From Mobula hypostoma (Eukaryota), in contig NC_086097.1 of NCBI RefSeq assembly GCF_963921235.1, positions 234,486,001-234,550,000 of the forward strand: a stretch of 64,000 nt of DNA, given 5' to 3'. The notes under the pieces are model-generated. The model was not told where the DNA came from. It did no database searches and saw only the letters and a program-made list of their open reading frames with translations. Positions 63,143 to 64,000 of this stretch are shown here, piece after piece (position 1 is the stretch's first letter; each line of letters opens with the position of its first letter). The translations under genes were made by a program, and so were the position numbers.

Positions 63143-63775
63143 GTGTGTGTGTGTGTGTGTGTGTGACAGTGTGGCCTCCATCAGTCATGTTCGACCATGG
63201 GTACTGTGCCTGTCGTAGTCACCGGGAGTGGCCTCTCCAGGGCGCAAGCCGGGCAGAGTTGCTACGGAGATCCGGCTGTTGCCCATTGCCCATGCAGTGG
63301 GACCACCCCCTCTCCATGCTGATGACAGGTCCAAAGGAACGAGGAAAGTTGATGCAGTTTGGTGCCAGCAGCATTGCAGGAGTTGCCGTGCCGGTGCTGG
63401 GTACAGCAGTCAGCCGCCTTCGGGACTCCGACTCCGGATTTTTCCTCCCAAAGCTTTTCTCATGAGTGGGTATAGCCGCAAGGCAGCGGAGGTTTGAAAT
63501 CGGAGTTTTCCCTCTCCTAGATGAGCTACCATCCATGGTTAACGAGCCCCATCTGCCCTGAGCAACTGGTTTTAAGGCGTCAGTAGCCCGCCTTTGCCCC
63601 TTCTCCTGTCAGTGAGAACAGCTCTGCCGGCCATAAGAGCCATGCCACACGTGAAAGCCGGGAGTTGGACTTGGTTGTCAGAGGCTGTTTGAGACGCACG
63701 CCATGAAGAGCATTTGTTTAGTAGTGGGAGCTCGTCTCCACTACCACCCTTTGGCTATGACTACCTTTGGAACTG
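63143..63775 (-). mobile_element. GC-rich non-coding RTE-related element (5' UTR-like body, CA-repeat tail)
   Basis: Minus strand ...CTAGGAGAGGGAAAACTCCGATTTCAAACCTCCGCTGCCTTGCGGCTATACCCACTC resembles RTE-clade 5' UTRs as I recall them; (TG)n at 63143-63165. Confidence 0.55.
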
Positions 63776-64000
63776 ATAGCTGATAAGATCCCATGAAATT
63801 ATCAAGTACAGTAAAACTCAGTTCATCTGCATGCTCAAGACTTTTGTTGACCTAGACATGGAGATTTTCCAGCTTTCAAATATCATTCTATTAATACTCT
63901 AATGCAGTTTTCACTCATAGACACAAGAGATTCTGCAGATGCTGGAAACCTAGATTAACATGCACAAAATGCAGAAGGAACTTGGGTTGCCCTTAAAGCA

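Noticed and set aside
63319..63350. Plus-strand hammerhead (CTGATGA...GAAA)
   Set aside because: No credible stem II or stem I/III pairing.

Overview
Repeat-saturated, non-genic vertebrate DNA with no intact host gene, RNA gene or CRISPR array that I can support. The repeat complement (CR1/HER1-type LINEs, V-SINE-like SINEs, Penelope-like elements, Rex1/Babar-like LINE ends) suggests a cartilaginous fish, probably a ray (inference). Most ORF-track entries are fragments or antisense frames of decayed retroelements. The window contains two near full-length CR1 LINEs, many truncated and nested copies, several solo LTRs with target-site duplications (TSDs), Tc1-type MITEs and a young Penelope-derived family with minimal hammerhead ribozyme motifs. 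The standout is a 997-bp LTR element at 47666-48662 (TAGTT TSD, polypurine tract, Gypsy-like integrase tail). It carries an uninterrupted SH3KBP1/CIN85-like coiled-coil segment and a 114-bp near-perfect inverted copy of part of that segment, so it could produce a host-gene-matched hairpin RNA. All calls are by eye; no database searches were run, and boundaries without a stated TSD are approximate.
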